Shown: positions 42,078 through 56,422, counted from the first letter of the stretch. The stretch: 64,000 bases of DNA from Adineta vaga (GCA_021613535.1 CP075495.1:7130001-7194000); one strand, 5' to 3'. Numbers and translations are program-made. The notes: generated from the sequence alone by a model not told the origin.

Positions 42078-45000
42078 AATTTTTATTTTGCAATAAATAA
42101 TTTCATTTATTAACGTCTCTCATTTATTTATATTTTGCAGAACATTAGGAACGTTCTATAGAAACTGGTAACGATGATTAAAAAGCATTTGAGACAACTT
42201 GACTTTGAGAGAAACGATGAAATGACATGAAAACTACCATGATGTGTGATGACTTCAACTTGCAGAATTAATTGATATCGATTCCAGAAAATAGTTTTGT
42301 TATATACTATTAAAGCGACTTCTATCGTTGACTTTTTGAAGCAAAGAACAAACATACTGTAAATAATCTTCTGACAATTAACATCAAAGTAAGAAAAAAC
42401 AACCTGATTTCTTGAAAAATAGGTTTCGTCCTATTTATTCACTATTTGGAAAGTGTATCTTTTACTGGTAAATATTTGTTTATAAAAATATTGACATTCA
42501 TTAGGTCCAAACAATCTTTTGACAGTTAAAAAATCAAATTGGCAAATTCTTTACCAAACTCTTATATAGTACCTAACAATATCTCAACATACCAACTGCT
42601 CGAAGCAAGTTATATAAAAACAAAAGTTTGAATTCCACACTGAATATTTCTTCAAATATGTAATTCACTATATATGCAAGAAAAAGAAAATTTTTATTCA
42701 ATATCAATTGATGCACGAGTATGTGAATGGTTTTGTAATACAATTCTCAAGAATTTCATTCATTTCAAATTCATATAACACTTAAAGATTACATAAAATA
42801 CCTTTGTATTCCAAGCATCGACACAGGTACATCCTTTTCAAGATTTCATTTAAACTATAAGATAGTTTCTCATTGTTTTTAATCAACTTGTTCAAAGAAA
42901 ATTCTCTTCTACATACTATGCGCACTAAACAATGTTCATCTGCTGGAATTAATAAGTATTGTCAGAACAGAATTTATTTTGATTTGTTTCAAATAGCTGT
43001 AATGAATAGTGACAATAGCAAACTATTGTCGAAGCATATAAGAGAGTTGACGTCTTATTGTCAGGAAATATTAGATGAAGATTGAGGATGTGTGTGCGTG
43101 TGCGTAGTGGGTAATTTCATGAAAGTAGTATTCTGAATCCGAAAACTTCACTTTTTTCTCGTATTCTCCAAACAATTTCGATTTTTTTTAACCAGAAAAG
43201 ATCGAAAGTCATCGAAGAAATTCGATGATGTTCTACTTTAGAATTCTGTTTACATCTCTCTATCGATTCTTGAAGCTTTCTGTATGAAACAAGACTGTTT
43301 CTGAGACTTTCGAGCCGATTCCGGAAGTCGAAATCATTGCCTAGGGTTCATCTCAAAGGTTTACTACACATAATCTACGATTGTTCATTTAGAAAATGTA
43401 ATTTAGTCTATTTTCATTTCATTCAAAGTCAATCATATAGAATTAATATGTTGCATGGATAATATAATTTTTTAGAGAAGTACTCATTATCCTTCGTTCT
43501 ATCGATTATCTATCTAGAATCAATCGTTGTATTCATGAATAACACATTTCAACGTGTTTTGAATATTTGGTGAATATAAAATTGAATGACAATGACATGA
43601 TAGTCAAGTAGATAGTGATAAGCAGGAAAAGAATATTATATGATAAAATTATGCAAATCATTCATTCAAATCGACTGAGATAGGACACACAAATTATATG
43701 AACTGTATGTAAGAGTTCAGGAATCGGTCATATTTCAACGATGAACATTTTATGAAAAGAAAAGAAAATCTGTTAGATTCTTTCCTTTGAATATTCATCG
43801 AAATTTGATGATCATATTTTTTAAATGCATGACGCTCGATTTATATATCATCGGATTTCAATTATTTTCCTTCTGAAAGGTGTCTACATAAATTAACATA
43901 TAAGTCGTAGAAACATTAGAATCATAAAAATGAATTAAGGAAAATTCTCGATGAATAATTAGTTCTTGTCTGCTTTTGTATGATCGAGATCTTATTTAAC
44001 ATTCTCCAGAAAGCATTCTTAGCAATAGTAAGATGCTTTCCAAACAATCTTGAACATGACCTGATCATACTATCCAAACAATATATGAAAAAGATTATCT
44101 TAAAACAATTTCGAATGAATGACATTGAAACATTCTTTTTCCTATTTTAAATTCAATTCTACGTTCACATTTGAGCTAATCCTACATTTTCCCTTAGCCG
44201 TCGTTAAGAATCAGTAATGCAAAATTCATGATATTTTCTACTATATATGCATACTATTTTCATTTACCTGATTGTCTGAAGTGCTAAACATACAATTAAT
44301 CACTTTCCTCAATATGAAAGAAAAAAGAAGATCAAAATGAATTTACGTCTACTTTAGATGCACTTATTGAGCTTCATAGTTTTTAATACTTGTAGCTATT
44401 ATATTATATATAAAACAAAAGAGCAAGAAAAGTAATAGTCATGCTCATGCTGCAAGATGAAGATTACGTTGGCGGGATTTTACATATGAGTAATTAGACA
44501 AAAAAGAGAAAACTTAAACTGGTAAATGATATATATATATATATTTAAGAATGATTATTTTTTACCATAAAACACATTATAGAACCTTGAAGAATTGAAT
44601 AACTAATCATAGCATGTTACAATATAGTATCTCTTGAGAGTCGTGTTGATTCAAAGTTGATAAAAATGAGTGAAGAGAGCCTTTACCGGATATTCATCCA
44701 AAAGTTCGACTTGAAAATACTACAGAAATGATTTAAGGATTGTTACTAATTCATTGTATGTGTACATGAAGTAATTATCCACAGGGATTATGAACTATCT
44801 TATCGTTATATATTCACTAGAATAGAGAAGAAAAAAAAAGAAAAGTTCTCTTCTGAAATATTTCTTATGTTTTTTCTTGTTTAGTTTGCTAGAAAATGAG
44901 AGAGAAAGAGAGAAGCAGGAAGAAATAGAAATAGAAGATAGAGAGATATATAAACTAGTAATAAAAAAATTATTGAGATTACTTTAAAAACTCATTTATC

Positions 45001-45183
45001 CTTCTTTCTTTTCATGATGACAGTTAAACAAACATTTACTCAATTGTCAGCTGTTTTTAACTATAATTAACTATTCAAGTTAACCCACGGATTCATATAC
45101 AGACATATATATATATACTATCTTCTTCAGATTATTCTTCTCTATCTTATTTGTTTTCACTCCGTATTCTAGCACTTTTAAGT

Positions 45184-45716
45184 ATGGGTTCATTATCATC
45201 TTACGTTATCAAATGTAAGTTTATTTTCATTTGTTCAATTTTTCTATTCGAGAATTTATTAATTGAAAGAGGATAGAGATTTTATGACATATTCGAAAAT
45301 AGTATATAGGTCAATTTTAATCTGGTATTTTCTATACATAAAAGAGGATATACATTATATACTTTTTACACTATATGTACTGAATAAATCTAACTTTGAT
45401 TTGTTAATAATCTACATTTGTCTTCCTAGTAATGATCTGTTTGGTGTTTTTATGTACATTTATTCGTACACAACCATTATTTGCAGCTGATGCGGATGAT
45501 GATGATCAACAAGCACAAATGGAAAATTTCTTTTTCAATAATTATGCAGATCTTGAGGGCCAATATCCATATCCTGGAAGTTTGATTAATTATCATCAAG
45601 AACGTTTATCCCATCCAAAACAAGCTTATCATCCAGATGATGTACACTTGGCTAAACGTATTATTATGTTGCCTCGTGTTGGTCGTCGTTCCGTTCAACC
45701 GACATCTCATGAATAA
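45184..45716 (+). CDS. Neuropeptide precursor predicted to release IIMLPRV-amide (PRXamide-like); exons 45184-45214 and 45430-45716
   Basis: Signal peptide MGSLSSYVIKLMICLVFLCTFIRTQPLFA, acidic spacer, and KR-IIMLPRV-G-RR with dibasic cleavage sites and an amidation Gly. Confidence 0.85.
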
Positions 45717-46094
45717 AAAATCGAAGATATTTTTACTGTTATACCTTCCTTTCTTTCCAAAGCATGTGTAAACAATGAGGAGAAGAAAACAAACTAAAGT
45801 AATTTAATAAAAACAACAAAAAAAGAAATGAAGTTTTGTTTACTTATACATTTATTTTGATTAAAATTTCGATTTGATTAGAATAATAATTTGAAAATGT
45901 TTCACAACAAATAATAAAAATAAATATGAGAGAGTAAAATATTTTTATCTTGTCAAAGAGATCAAATAGACTATTCTTTTTGTCAGATTTTACATCGAAA
46001 ACGAATATCTACTCTATACACATAACACAACATAGAGACAAAAGAATACTGTTCACAATGGAATATGAGATTCGTTGTACATGAAAAATATTTC

Positions 46095-49000
46095 TTATTG
46101 AATGATTTGTTCAGGTTCAGAAGCATTTTTATCAAGAATTAATTGTTGATCTTCAGAATCATTACGTGGTTGATAATGTTTATATTGAATAGCAAGAACA
46201 CCAAAAATAAATGTTGCAAATGCCATTAAAACAGCAAAAAAAACGAATTCCATAGCCTTAAATAAAAACGATCAAAAACTAATTTTCTTTCTATCAAATG
46301 AAAATATTCGACATACTTGATTACGAATGAGTCGAACTTCAGCAACTAAAACAACGATTAAATCTCCAATTGCTGTTGTTAATAGCCATGCAGACATAAT
46401 CACTGATTTATAACGTTTTGGTGCTTGAGAATAAGCAAATATAAGACCTGTTATACTAACAAGAATTTCTGCACATGTCATCAAAGCATATTGAACTGTT
46501 TGCCAAAGAATATGTACAGAAAATGGTGGAATATCTTCAAATTGAATAGCATGTAACTATAGAAAAGAAATTAATATCCTTCAGAAATTAATAAAATGAG
46601 TCGATATTGAACTACTGGCAATTTTTACGGAAATAATAATACACATGACACAACGCCTTTCTAAGTCTGTATGTAAATTAATAAACGCCTCGTTTTTGCT
46701 CAAAGTATTGTTTTAAAATACTTATATACCTCGTTTATATTGTTGAATATTTCATACAAGGATGAAGGTTAGCTTATTTACCGCTCAAGATTAGCCAATC
46801 AGGCATTTTTATCAAAATTCTTCTACGAATGTACATATCTTATTGTGCTGTATCTACGTAGTAACAACTGTTATCTGAAAATTGTAACGATTAAAGAGCA
46901 TTTCCAGGGTGATATAGTAGATGTATTGAATCTACGTTAAAGATGATTCTCTACGATTATTTAATAAAAGAACAAAAGAATCTGTACTTAAGAAACTCTT
47001 CACATCTATAATATTTCAATTATTTACTTCAATATATCTAATAACAAATGCATTTCTTTAATAGGCACTTTTCTTGAAGTTGTAAAGTAAGATGATTGTT
47101 GAAAATTTTTCAAAGAAAAACATTCACTTAACCGAATGGATATCAAATCTTGTCACAAGACGAGAGGTACTTACAAAAAATGGCTCAATCAAAAAAAATG
47201 ATAATGTCGTGAATATAGAGTAGAACACTTATTTTTTAAATCAACTCTTTCCAAAATAATAATGAAATACATGAAAACTATTTTCTATACTAACAAATCA
47301 GTTTCTATATAGTTCCTTGGTAGAATCTATTTCTAAGAATATTATCTGATTTTTATGGGCAATGGTACAATGTTTCAGATATCAATAATATTACAAGCTT
47401 TCATCAAGATGGAATTTAATTTAGTAAATATAAGATATGAAAATAGTCAACTTTGCTCTATTTCATTTAATGTTTTAGAAATAAAACTAATAAAAGACGT
47501 TACTCCTGATATAGATTCGCAAAGAAACGTCACTGTTTTTTTTTGTAGATTTTACCTTGTAAAATTCTCTTATATTATCGTTCAGATAATAATTAACTTA
47601 CCGTATCATTATTTGAATTATGAAGAAGTACTGTATACACAGCTGTTGTATAAATGTCGAATGTTTCGACAGATGTGTGTCCATTAGCCAAATTTTGAAT
47701 TCGATAACTATCAATGATATTTGAAAAATCAAATCGAATTCGAAATAAGAAAACGAGAGACAAACTTCGTTGGTAAAACAGATTGATATTCTGTTGGTGA
47801 TAATTTTTTGGTTATCTTGAAATTATAATTATTCGGTATAGTTTTTACTTCGCTTTGTTTGCCATCCAATGAAAGCATACTAGATAAAAGAGTAAGTTCA
47901 TAGAAATAATTTCATTGCAATATCTATACCGTATGAGAGCCATTCCTTTCGTACCACGTTGATTAGCTATAGAATTTGTTAGCTGAAAACAAAAAATATT
48001 ATGTAAAATAATCGTATATTAAGAAGATTTTATTTACTGGTTTTAATTCTAAGATCTTTCCACGTGCTTCATCATTAACTTCAGAGAGAATTAAAACCGA
48101 CGGACAAAGTTGATCATTTTCTAGTTTTAAATAAACATTAGCCGTATTGCATGTGGAAGTTAGAGTCACTCCATCAACAAGTAATTTCGTACATGGAATA
48201 TATGATACCTAAATATCATTCATAAGAATGTAAGTTTTCTTCGAAAATAAAACTTTACTTTTCCATATTCAATTGTATTGATACCATCAATATTCATTGT
48301 GCAATTATAACCATTGAAAAGATTTGCATACGAACGCACCGGTACGGCATCTGATTTCGACTAAAATGAAAGAACATAGTCATGAATGTATATGAACTAA
48401 GAGAGTCTTATATACTTGAATTGCTGTTTGAAGAATTGCTGCGACAATAAAAGCAAAGATCATAATAATCATTCCAACAAACATTCGTTGTAATGGTCTA
48501 AAATAATATTAAGATTGTTCAAGATGAATTTTTTGTTTTATTAAATCATATTACCTGATTAATAAATTGAAACGAGCTAAACCTGGATAAATAATTTCTT
48601 CAAACAATGGAATAAATAGAAGTACGAAGAAAGAATTCAAAGCTTGTATTTGATCAGGTTGAATTGTACCAAATGGGCCCTGAACAGATGAAGATAAAAT
48701 TCTTTTCATAGTAATCAAAATGAATTTTTGTTTTTAATAAATATACTTACAAGACTTCCATCCATTAAGGTTGCTTGATACGTCCAACGAGAACCAGATT
48801 GATCATATAAGGCATAAAATATTGGAATTGGTGTAAATATAACAAATACACGAAGAACAGCTCGAACATCTTCAATATCGTCAAGCTGAAATAGAAATAA
48901 TGTTTTTGGATTGCTGAAGTTTGATGGAATTCTTTTGTTTTCTTACACTATATCTATCATTTGCGTGATAAAGCCAATGTTCTTTTCGTTCTGATGATGA

Positions 49001-50171
49001 ACTAACTATTGCATTACGTGTTGCACGCTGTAAACATATCAAAATATAAAATGAAATCGTTAGGAACAACTTTATTATCTCTTATTACAAATAAAATTGC
49101 AATGAATTTGACAATAATATTTTCCTTTGGTGGAACACATTTATACGATGGTGTACCCGAAAGAAACTCACTACAATATGAAGAGATAGATTCAAGAATC
49201 AAAATGAAAATAAATTTTCATAAATTACCTATTGAAACTAGCATTAATAATGTTGGAACACCGAATGCTAATGAATAGCAATCATATCCAAAGCAACTGA
49301 ATTTACCTAGAATGAAATCATCGATAATAAACTAGAGAATAAAAATGTCAATCTTCGTGTATTATACTTCGAAGAAGAGGTGTAAGTAAAGTTGAAATTA
49401 ATGATCCAGTATTGATTGCAAAGTAGAAGAAAGCAAAAAAACGACTCAATTGTTTTGGCTAGGAAAATATAAATCAAGAAATGAGAAAGAAATATATATC
49501 TTCAATATCTTTCATCTCTTACATTTGACATTGATATTTGATCAGCTCCAAAGGCACTTACACATGGTTTAATTCCACCTGTTCCCAATGCAATTAGAAA
49601 TAAACCGATGAGAGGTCCAGCGCTAAAGAAATAAACATTTTAAACATTCGATGATAAAAGAACAAAATTCAACTATTTACAGCTGTTTATGACCAATTGA
49701 TGGTATTGCTGTTAATGTTAAAACAAATGTTCCGATTAAGTAAACAATTGATAAATATAAAATAGTCGAATAACGACCAATATAACCATCGGAAATAATC
49801 GCTCCAATAGTTGGAGACAAATAACATGCAAAAGAAAATAAATGATAATAAGATGTTGCTGTATCTTTGTTTAATAGGAGATATTGCATAAAATAAAGAA
49901 GTAAAATTGTTTTGAGACCATAATAACAAAATCGTTCACATCCTTCAACAAATATAATATAATATGCTGATTTAGGTAATGCTAATTTTGTATCTGCTGA
50001 TATATCGGTAGTGCTACCATGGCGTGGAGTTGCCGGGGGTGTGTTAGTTGGTGTTGCCGATGCTTCAATAGCAAAATAATAATATTTCGATTTATCTACT
50101 TTCACTTCTAACATACCTGCGGCTGTAGCAGCAAACACACGATCTTTATTTGTAATTCGAGAATGGGCCAT
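46095..50171 (-). CDS. Proton-coupled oligopeptide transporter, SLC15A1/2 (PepT)-like
   Basis: [10 protein letters not shown] (ExxERFxYY), [53 protein letters not shown] and [28 protein letters not shown]. Confidence 0.95.
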
Positions 50172-51157
50172 AGTTCGATTTCTATTGCTCAAGATTGTCT
50201 AGAAAACAAATGAATAAAAAATATGGATAGTCAGTGAGTCGATGAAGTATTAAACTAGAACAAAAAACAATATTAATATTATTGACACAATCATCGGCTA
50301 CAGCGTACGAATTATATCATCCAATCATATTCGAAGCAGTAGAATCAACGTGAACTTGACAAAAAAAATCCTTTCTATTTCGTATTCAAAACACATATAA
50401 ATCATAGCATAGATTTATTTCAATTTTAATCTCAATTCTAATCAAAAACTTGGATAAATCAAAATAAAGAGATGTCGCAAAGTAAGATGATTAGTTTAAA
50501 TCTATTTCTCGTGTTTTCTTCATGTATAAGTAAAGACAAACTAGCGAAAATATTTCTTATGTTGTTTATCTTAATAATTCTATTTTACAAAGAAAAACAT
50601 GTATTCATCGAGCTTCTATGATTACCTGTCATTGCATATTACACGTATGATTTATTAATGACTATAATAGAACGTTCTTTTTTCTCTCTTTTATTATTGT
50701 AAATCGAATGTTAACGAAGATATTTATGTTTGTATAAGTAATTCTTAAGAAGGAATAATTCTGTTGGAAATATTGATGTTAATATTATTAACGAACTGAC
50801 AGATCACACAGTTAACAAGGACAATATTTGATTGATTAATGGATACAAACAATTCTGTTAGAAAATATATTTTCTGAGACTTTACATTTTTTCGATTTAA
50901 AATGACAAATGGAATCATTCAATATCAATTTATTGCATATATATTTTGTCTGAAGAAAAATTCCTAATCATATTATTGCACGAAATAACGTTATAGAAAA
51001 CAAAAGGAGATCAATGGAAGTACTGTCAAACATATTTGTCTTATAGGTTCAATAAAACTCGAACAGGAAATGTATACAACATATAGATTTACAATATAAA
51101 TGAAAACCAAAAGGAAAGAAAGCACCAAAGAGAATACCACGTAATAGACAATACTTG

Positions 51158-52279
51158 TTAACAGAGAGGGCATGGTTGATGAGCAAAACTTTGTAAAAGT
51201 AAAAATGTTGTATTACAAATACACATTCGATAGACATTTATTTCACTGTATGACGTACTTTCTTGAGATAATGCTCGTGGTAGATCAAGAAAAATAGAAT
51301 CAGTTTGAAAATTAAGATTTCCATTGGTAATTTTCTACAAAAAAAGGCAACGATTTCAAAAGAATATTTCAAGAGAAAAAAACTAATACCTGTCGATGAT
51401 CATTCTGTTTTTTCTTTTTTAAATAATTACCAAAACGTATAACTGATCGACGATTATGTTTATTGACATCTATATTTAGATTTCTACCAGTAAACAAAAC
51501 TTGATTTACTCGAGAAATTGTTAATAATTTATTTGTCGTTATATTCATATATCTATTATGTATCTAAATAAATGTATTATTGTCGATGAATTTCAATTTT
51601 AATGAAGAAAAGAAAGATCAAAACATACATAGTGAGAATCGATCTGATCGAGATGTATTCGTGTTTTTTTATTTCGATCAAATTTAAATAATTGAAGATT
51701 ACTAAAATCGACTAAATGTTGATGATTCAGAGAAAAATGCTCTGTATTCATTGAAATTTGATCTTCATTCAAAAGAATTGAATTATGATCACCATAGATA
51801 TCAATCTAATAGAGTTGAAAATCATATTATTGAGCATTTTTTTATAAAATACTAACTCACTGGTGTTTTTGAAGATAGATCAATCGATGAAATATCTTTT
51901 ACTTCTGTTGTATAAATAATATCCTTAAATGTTGCTCGATTATATAATTCAATTTGATGATTAATCTTATCAAATCGAAAGATTTTTGAACCATTTTTAT
52001 GAAATGGTGTCCAATCAAGTTTAGACATAATGAATATCAAACACTGGGGAAAAGAAACACATGATTGTAAATGATTTTTATCGAAGTAAAACTTACGGTT
52101 AAATTTAGAAAACTAATGAAAAAAAGAAGAATTACTGTTGTAATAACACAAAATAACTTTTTTCCATGTAAACCAAATATTTGTGATGTTGTATAAAAAT
52201 CTAGAGATCTGATAGATACATAACCAGCATCTAACATCACCGAGGAATTTTGTCTATTATTATATCGATTTCTACCCAT
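51158..52279 (-). CDS. SGCB: Beta-sarcoglycan-like protein (5 exons)
   Basis: AGYVSI...GLHGKK followed by a type II TM segment, and a C-terminal Cys cluster YRMCICN...QPCPLC*. All junctions are in frame. Confidence 0.75.
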
Positions 52280-52396
52280 ATCATCTAGAAATATATGATA
52301 AGAATGATTATTCATATTTGAAATATATAAATATAAAGAGACAAGCATATATGTAATAAAAAAACACAAAAACAAAACTGGAATGTAAATAATTTG

Positions 52397-55376
52397 TTAA
52401 GGTTCACTATTATTATCATTTTCATCAGAATTTGGAATTTTATAGACAATTGTTTTCATAAATGATGCAGCACATAATGCTGAATAAGGTTGCCATTCTT
52501 TATTTAAAGTTCCATCATGATAATCTGCTATTCCACGTATAATCATAAATGATTCGATTCGATTACCTTGAATAGCTGCTAGAACTTGATCAATTTCCGA
52601 ATCAAAACAAAGAACATTACATTTTTCACTTAATGTTGTTTTAAAATAATCATTTGTTAAGATATTTTTTCCACCAGCAATCATACCAAAATGAATTTTT
52701 GGTCGTGTATAATCTTTTTTATCTTTATCTGGATGTTGAACTTCAACAATTTCACCATTCTCCATTTTGATATAAAGATGATCATTCGATGGTGGTAAAC
52801 AATCAATATTATGCGAAAGTAAATATTGTATACCTTCGTGAAGAAATTTTTCCCATGGATATTTATGTACTGACGATCGAGTTAGATTGGTTTGCTGATA
52901 ATTTTCTTTAATTGGTTCCATTAATTGATATAATTGAAAATTTTTTGGTTTATAACATGTCGAAACAAATTCATAACCTTCAGATGATTGTTCAGCTTCA
53001 TAAATACCTAAAAATAAAAATGATTATTTAAATAGTTATAGAGAATACTATAGTTTTTAGTTTAACATTGAAACCTTTTTTTTTCTATTCATTTGCATGA
53101 TGATTAATCTAGATTATGTCATTTCTCTTAGCAATAAATGTATCGTAAATCTGTAACTCTTTTTTCTCTCGTAGAATTATTTGATCATTTTTTAAGAAAC
53201 ATGACTAAAGCATGCTCTCTAATGACTAATGAAGAAAGAATTCATATTCAATTTAGATTCTTGCCACTGACAGGAACAAACAAACATCCGAAATTTCTAC
53301 GATTTCTTCTCGTCATATCTCAATCAATCATCAGATTCTGTTAGAGAAAAGATATGATATTCAGATCGATTATGTTCATAAATAGAGTTAACTAGAAGAA
53401 GAAATGATATCCTCAGGGGAACACTTTATATTTATCTTAGATATGAGAAAGACAAATCGAACAATCAATATAGAAGAGATAGTAATGAACTTTTATCTCG
53501 ATGAAAGAAAGAAGACATATGTATTACTCATCGGAAATGTCATCTTTACATCCAATATTGACATACACCTTCATACCAATCGATAACGCATTAACATCTC
53601 TCGAATAATTACTCTATATATATATATATGCTAAAACTGTTCTTATCTCTTGATTGGATCATTGTTATAAACATCGAACATATTTACCATAAACATAATC
53701 TTCTTCATTAGGATATCCTATAATAATATCTCCACGTCGGATATGTTTATTTGCATCTGTATAATGTGGTACACCACCAGCACAGCCAATAATAAAAACA
53801 TGTTGAACATGTCGAAAAGTACCTAATAAACGAGTTGTTGTACTTCCTGTAGAAATTTGTGCTGTACGACTACGACCAATTAAAGGTAATTTTGTGGAAA
53901 CAACATGATGTGGACCAATAGTACCAATAGTATATACATTCGATTCACCTTGAATAATTAGAAAGATTTCTTATCAATCGAAGAATTTCTATTTTTCAAT
54001 GAAATTTACCTGCTTTTTGTCGTACAAAAGTAATTTTATTTTCAATCATTGCATCGACAGCTAATTTTTCGAAATAATTCACTGTTATTATAGCAATTGT
54101 TGGTCGGAATGTATTCGATAATTCAGCAATAGATTTGTAGAGAATAACTTCTACAATAAAAATAAAACAAATAATACATTTCAATCATTGATTGATAACA
54201 AACGATGAGTATCTTCTTCTTCAGCTGATACAATAACACGTGTCCATTGTTGACCATCTTGATCAAGATGTTTAACCAGATTTTTCTCTTCTAATTCGAC
54301 AAGATATTGAAAAACTGTTTGATCATCACATTCGACATATCTTCAGGAAAAAGAAGAAAATGAATTCAATTAAAAAATTGTTTTCAAAAATCGACTTTAC
54401 TTTGCTAAATCATTCACAAACATTGGATTGGGAAATGCTTGTTCAAGTAAATCTAATAATCTATCTTTCACCATATCGCCATATCGTTGTGCATTATTTT
54501 CATAAACTAAAACATAGATACTCTATCAATGTATTCTTTTGAAAGAAAGAACAAAAGTCGAATGAAGCAAAGATTAATATTTTTAATTATAATCTTCTTT
54601 AGATTGATATCGTCATGCATTGATCTCGTATGAGAAGAAAAAATAAATGGGGTGATGATATCAAATTTGAGACTTGATTTTTTAATTACAAGCAAAGTCA
54701 TACATACATGGATGATCATTATCTAGTTGATCATCAGTTAGTGAATGAATTTCCAATTGAATTTTTCGTATCATTGTAAATCTTCGTAATAATTCCATTA
54801 ATCGTTTGATAAATGAAAAATAATCTGAAAGAAAAACATTGAGACATATAATTATAGAATTTTTTTTCTTACCTCGAGGAAACTCATTCGATTTGAATAA
54901 TCTACGCATGAATTCATTAATTTCACTAACATACTGTTCTTCATTGGGATTATAGAACCAAAAATGTAATAATCGATTTTCTTGATGTAATGTTTTTGTT
55001 TGTTTATCAGTCATAAAAACTTTAAATTGGCTTGTAAATCCAACTGATTCATTCTCTTCTTGTACTAAAATGTCTGATTTCTGTATGTCAAGACTATTTA
55101 CATGAAATTGTGTACCTGATTTTGAATTTTTATAGATAATAAAATCGACATTATTTCCACTACCAATATGAAGAATATTTTCATCATTTGGATCGATATT
55201 TGTTTGTCTTTCAATTGAAACTTTATTTATTGTTGATGTCTTTTGTAATGGAATTAGAACAATATAGTCTAGTAGAATCGATATTGATTTAATGAGAAAA
55301 GAGATTTCGTTCTTTTTTTATTCTTACCTCGTGAAATCCGATGCGACTCTTGAGTAGACATTTAAAATATATGTCT
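52397..55376 (-). CDS. Protein with an N-terminal domain, a winged-helix-like domain and a purine nucleoside phosphorylase/nucleosidase (PNP_UDP_1-like) domain; 5' end unresolved
   Basis: PTIAIIT..EKLAV, VYTIGTIGPHHVV, FIIGCAGGVPHY..HIRRGDIII, PKIHFGMIAGG and IIRGIADYHDGTLNKEWQPYSALCAASF. Winged-helix-like VKDRLLDLLEQAFPNPMFVNDLAK...LVELEEKNLVK..QWTRV. Confidence 0.8.
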
Positions 55377-56422
55377 GGCAAACAGCAATAAAATCTTTTT
55401 TTCTTCTTCTTCTTCTTTCTAGATGACCTTCTCTCTATTCTCTCTGTACTTTTGAATATGTACAAAAGAAAAATTTGTGTTGATGATCGAATCAGTTCGT
55501 TCTTCTCTGTCTTCATGTATTAGGCGTTCGATCAACTTGCTATATATATATATATAAAGATTACATCAAGCATCAAGAATTACTTATTCTTCTCTCCTTC
55601 TTTTTATTGCTTCAACCTCTATTCAAACTACAATACTATCGTGCATGTCACGCAAAAGCAATTGTCGAATATTGCTTCGATTCATGCTTGTAGTGCTTAT
55701 AAAAGCTTTCTCTTCCTTCAATCTCGTTCCCAAGAGAAATTAATTGATGATGATGATGATGTGAAGAGTGACATTATTAATTCGATTAACTTCGAAGCTC
55801 GAATGTCACTATAATGCGTGAAAAAGAATTAACTAAAACGGAAATTCTTAAGTACTGGTTTTATTGATGCGCTACTTTAGAAATCATATGTCAAATAAAA
55901 TCAAATACAACTCATTGAACCACTATTCTATTGATTTGTTCAAGGAAAAAGAATCAATTCTTTTCTTTGAAAAAAAAACTAATTATTTCATAACTTTTAT
56001 GAAGTCAAAAAAAAATTGGTTTCTTCTTTCATTTTATTCAGTTATTTGATCGAGAATCCAATGTAATATAATAACCTCTTCATATATAATTCCTTTTTAT
56101 TTCTTTTTCTCTCGCAATCTCATCGTCGTCATGTTCTGACATCCATCATCCATAGAACCACATAAGTATTCTATGGATTGTTTGAATATACCAATCAACA
56201 AAGTAATCGTCTTCCTCCAATTGAAAAGAGTCGAAAAACATAGATGAGGACTTTTAAACGTATAACTGAATATGGCCACAGAGTCTATACTTTATATTTA
56301 AATGAAGAAGAAAAAAAAAGAAAACAACAACAACAAAACCAAATTGTTATTTTATTTCGAAAGAAATCATTTATAATGAATGAAATTTTTCGGTTTACTT
56401 TTTCTAGATTCGTTTCTTCGAT

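Noticed and set aside
41600-42600. SL RNA or snRNA gene linked to 5S, as in nematodes
   Set aside because: I could not find the rotifer leader sequence as I recall it, nor a donor-plus-Sm-site arrangement, on either strand.
43130-43345. Cluster of small inverted repeats (TCGAAAGTC/GACTTTCGA)
   Set aside because: It cannot be distinguished from chance in TCGA-rich, AT-rich DNA without a genome-wide search.
53095-53270. ATGATGA...CTGA, possible C/D snoRNA
   Set aside because: It is antisense to the host gene, has no terminal stem, and has no recognisable guide sequence.
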